A stretch of DNA of 64,000 nucleotides from Spirochaetia bacterium (lineage in GTDB: Bacteria > Spirochaetota > Spirochaetia > G963692905). The notes below the pieces were generated by a model, which had not been told where the DNA came from, did no database searches, and saw nothing but the letters and a program-made list of their open reading frames with translations. A program made the translations under genes and the position numbers. Location: positions 26,105 through 90,104 of the forward strand of contig CBDCPJ010000051.1 of the NCBI GenBank assembly GCA_965220165.1, given 5' to 3'. Each line of letters opens with the position of its first letter. The stretch's first letter is position 1. Shown here piece by piece: positions 59,570 to 64,000 of the stretch.

Positions 59570-60194
59570 GCATAGACTGCTTTTAGAGAGTGATTGTAAT
59601 TGGTTTCTAGAAGCGAGATTTTTGGTTTATTAGAGAAGGGTGTATAAAAATATGGTCAAGCGAACAAGGGTCTACGGTGGATGCCTTGGATCTGTCTGGC
59701 GATGAAGGCCGTGGTAAGCTGCGAAAAGCTCGGGGGAGGAGCACACATCCTGCGATCCCGAGGTTGCCGAATGGGGTAACCCGATCAGGTAAAGCCTGAT
59801 CACCATTAGCTGAATAAAATAGGCTATTGGAGCGATACCTAGGGAATTGAACCATCTCAGTACCTAGAGGAATAGAAATCAACCGAGATTCCCGGAGTAG
59901 CGGCGAGCGAAATGGGAACAGCCTAAACCGAGTAATGTGTAAGCTGTGTGGCGTTGCTTACTCGGGGTTATAGGATTGGTTGTAGGCAAGCATACAATTG
60001 CCTGCGAAGTTACAAATGAACTGCATAGCAGAATGATACTGGAAAGATCAACCAAAGAGGGTGATAGTCCTGTACGCGAAATGTTGTTCACTTCGTATAC
60101 CAACACCTAAGTAGGGCGGGACACGAGAAATCCTGTCTGAATTTGGGAGGACCACCTTCCAAGGCTAAATACGTGACAGATACCGATAGTGAAG

Positions 60195-60226
<32 letters not shown>

Positions 60227-60907
60227 GGAAGGGGAGTGAAATAGAACCTGAAACCGTGGACCTACAAGCAGTCGGAGCCTCAATTTATTGGGGTGACGGC
60301 GTGCCTTTTGTAGAATGAGCCTGCGAGTTACTGTATAAAGCAAGGTTAAGGAATTGTAGTTCCGGAGCCGGAGGGAAACCGAGTCTGAATAGGGCGATTA
60401 GTTTTATGCAGTAGACCCGAAACCGAGTGATCTATTTATGGCCAGACTGAAGCTCGGGTAAAACCGAGTGGAGGGTCGAACCCTAGTCTGTTAAAAAAGG
60501 CAGGGATGAGCTGTGAATAGGAGTGAAAGGCTAATCAAACTCGGCAATAGCTGGCTCTCGCCGAAATAGCTTTAGGGCTAGCCTTATGGAGTATCGTGCA
60601 GAGGTAGAGCTCTTGATGGACTAGGGCCCTTCACGGGGTACCAAACCCAACTAAACTTCAAATGCTGTACGAGCAAACCATAGGAGTCAGACTACGGGCG
60701 ACAAGGTCCGTGGTCGAAAGGGAAACAGCCCAGATCGTCAGCTAAGGTCCCTAAACAACGCTAAGTGGGAAAGGAAGTGTGATTGCGAAAACAACCAGGA
60801 GGTGGGCTTAGAAGCAGCCATACCTTAAAAGAATGCGTAACAGCTCACTGGTCAAGTAGTCATGCGCCGACAATTTAACGGGGCTAAGCGTTGTACCGAA
60901 GCTACGA

Positions 60908-61095
60908 GTGCAGGTGGGTTCGTTTGATATCGTATTAATATTTATCAGTATTTCTAATAATATAGAAGTTAAATTTTAGATGAATCTCTTTATAAAAAAC
61001 TAGAAATTGTGATCTGTTCCTGTGAGGAAGTTCTATCAGAAATCGAATAAATTGATAAATAATTCTAATACGGTCTCAAACGAACTCACTTGCGC
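60908..61095 (+). other. Intervening sequence (extended hairpin) in 23S helix 45
   Basis: 188-nt AT-rich hairpin between ACCGAAGCT and GGTAGGCGAGCGTTC. Basal stem GTGCAGGTGGGTTCGTTTGA…CGTATTA pairs with TAATACG…TCAAACGAACTCACTTGCGC. Confidence 0.88.
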
Positions 61096-61802
61096 GGTAG
61101 GCGAGCGTTCCGTAGGGTGCTGAAGGTGTGCTGGAAAGCATGCTGGAGCCATCGGAAGTGAAAATGCAGGCATGAGTAACGAAAAAGGGGGTGAGAGTCC
61201 CCCTCGCCGAAAACCTAAGGTTTCCTGGGTAAAGGTCGTCTTCCCAGGGTTAGTCGGCCCCTAAGACGAGGCTGAAAAGCGTAGTCGATGGGAAACGGGT
61301 TCATATTCCCGTACCTCTGTGTAGTTCGATGTGATGACGCATGAGGCAAAATCTGGCCGGGCGTTGGTTGTCCCGGTCTAAGCGATAAGCCGTCGAGGAT
61401 GGTAGGCAAATCCGCCATCTGAGGTAAGTCGTTAAGGCGAGCGGAGCTACGGCAATGCGAAGCAGATAGAGTCACGGTGACAAGAAATAATCTCTAAGAA
61501 TAACTACATAGAGACCGTACCGCAAACCGACACAGGTAGGTTAGATGAGTATTCTCAGGCGCGCAGGAGAACTCGCGTTAAGGAACTCGGCAAATTACAC
61601 ACGTAACTTCGGGATAAGTGTGGCCAACTGCGGCTTATTGGCTTCGGCTGATTGGTCGTGGGGAGCATCATAAGAGAAGTCCAGGCGACTGTTTATCAAA
61701 AACATAGGTCTCTGCAAACCGGTAACGGGACGTATAGGGACTGACACCTGCCCGGTGCTGGAAGGTTAAGAGGAGCGGTGAGAGCTGCGAATTGAAGCCC
61801 CA

Positions 61803-62607
<805 letters not shown>

Positions 62608-62877
62608 TGGTGTAACGATCTGGACACTGTCTCAACGCGAGACCTGGTGAAATTGAAGTACCGGTGAAGATGCCGGTTACTTGTGGTTAGACGGAAAGAC
62701 CCCGTGAACCTTTACTGCAGCCTGATACTGGGATTTTGTCGTTCATGTGTAGGATAGGTGGGAGGCTATGAAGCATAGGCGTTAGCCTGTGTGGAGCCAT
62801 TGGTGAAATACCACCCTTGTTCGATGAGATTCCTAACATATGCCGTTATCCGGTATATAGACACTGTCAGGTGGGCG

Positions 62878-62919
<42 letters not shown>

Positions 62920-63125
62920 GCAAAGGTCACCTTGCTCTGGGTGGAAATCAGAGTGTAAGTGCAAAGGCAGAAGGTGGCTTAACTGCGAGACATACAAGTC
63001 GAGCAGATACGAAAGTAGGTCTTAGTGATCTGGCGGTTGTGAGTGGAAGCGCCGTCACTTAACGGACAAAAGGTACTCCGGGGATAACAGGCTGATTTTG
63101 CCCAAGAGTCCATATCGACGGCAAA

Positions 63126-63182
<57 letters not shown>

Positions 63183-63211
63183 TTGGCTGTTCGCCAATTA
63201 AAGCGGTACGT

Positions 63212-63252
<41 letters not shown>

Positions 63253-63600
63253 TGCCACAAGCGTTGGATGGTTGAGAGGATCTGCCTCTAGTACGAGAGG
63301 ACCGAGGTGGACGAACCTCTGGTGTACCAGTTGTCGCGCCAGCGGCATCTGCTGGGTAGCTACGTTCGGACGGGATAACCGCTGAAAGCATCTAAGTGGG
63401 AAACCCACCTCAAGATGAGCCATCCCTTTCTCTTCGAGAGGACTAAAGGAACCAGAGAGATGATCTGGTCGATAGGCTGGAGGTGTACGCATGGTAACAT
63501 GTTTAGCCGACCAGTACTAATTTTCCGTGAGGCTTGACCATATTTTTATACACCCTTTGAGATAAACGACAAATCAATCTATTTTTTAAGGAGTATTATA

Positions 63601-64000
63601 ATGAAAATTGTATTTCGTGTTTTGTTTTTGTTGTTTATTGTCATGTCTGTGTCGTTGTTTCCTTTATTTGCTTGGGGACAAACAGAAGATATGGATATGA
63701 TGGAAGCTGTGGGCGATGATGTAGCGCCGGCTCCTCCTTCTATAGGCGCGGATGTTCCGTTGACTTATTTTGGACCAGCGCCGTCGAACGTGCAAAAAGA
63801 GCTTATAGGGCCTTTCCAATTGCTTAAGTCGGGAACCGTTGACCTGCATGAGGGAACGGTCACGTTGCCGCTATACCGCGGGGAAATGAGAAATGGCGAC
63901 GATGTATGGTTCATCGCTACAGATACTAACGATGCCGCTCAAGCCGCTGCGTTGGGTTTGAATCATTCGCCTAAGTTAACCTTTGCCGAGACTGGCAAAG
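63601..64000 (+). CDS. Secreted hypothetical protein, 3'-partial (not in the ORF track)
   Basis: AAGGAG RBS. MKIVFRVLFLLFIVMSVSLFPLFAWG signal peptide, then …PPSIGADVPLTYFGPAPS…TLPLYRG…; open to the window end. Confidence 0.8.
   Translation, partial: MKIVFRVLFLLFIVMSVSLFPLFAWGQTEDMDMMEAVGDDVAPAPPSIGADVPLTYFGPAPSNVQKELIGPFQLLKSGTVDLHEGTVTLPLYRGEMRNGDDVWFIATDTNDAAQAAALGLNHSPKLTFAETGK

Overview
Bacterial chromosomal window, almost certainly from a spirochaete: it carries a FlaA sheath-protein gene and a stand-alone 23S rRNA gene. Housekeeping genes include valS, gltB/gltD, glnA, gltX, gyrA, a relA/spoT homologue, pcnB, hup, sufB, rpiA, coaX, pepF and tRNA-Glu. Catabolic genes include xylA with a xylulokinase, sugar ABC permeases, and a suyAB-like sulfolactate sulfo-lyase next to a LarA-family gene. 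The most unusual object is the 23S rRNA gene (~59654-63541), which has its own promoter and no adjacent 16S or 5S. It is interrupted twice, by an AT-rich helix-45 intervening sequence and by a 731-nt group I intron after E. coli-equivalent U1931. The intron carries a YciI-like protein gene, with its own RBS, instead of a homing endonuclease, and appears to end in A rather than the near-universal omega-G. Also notable: a recent tandem duplication of a Spy/ZraP-like gene with variable DDDW repeats, two families of GC-rich intergenic repeats, many apparently leaderless genes, and an orphan DNA methyltransferase with a frameshifted partner. All calls come from reading motifs by eye; no searches were run.
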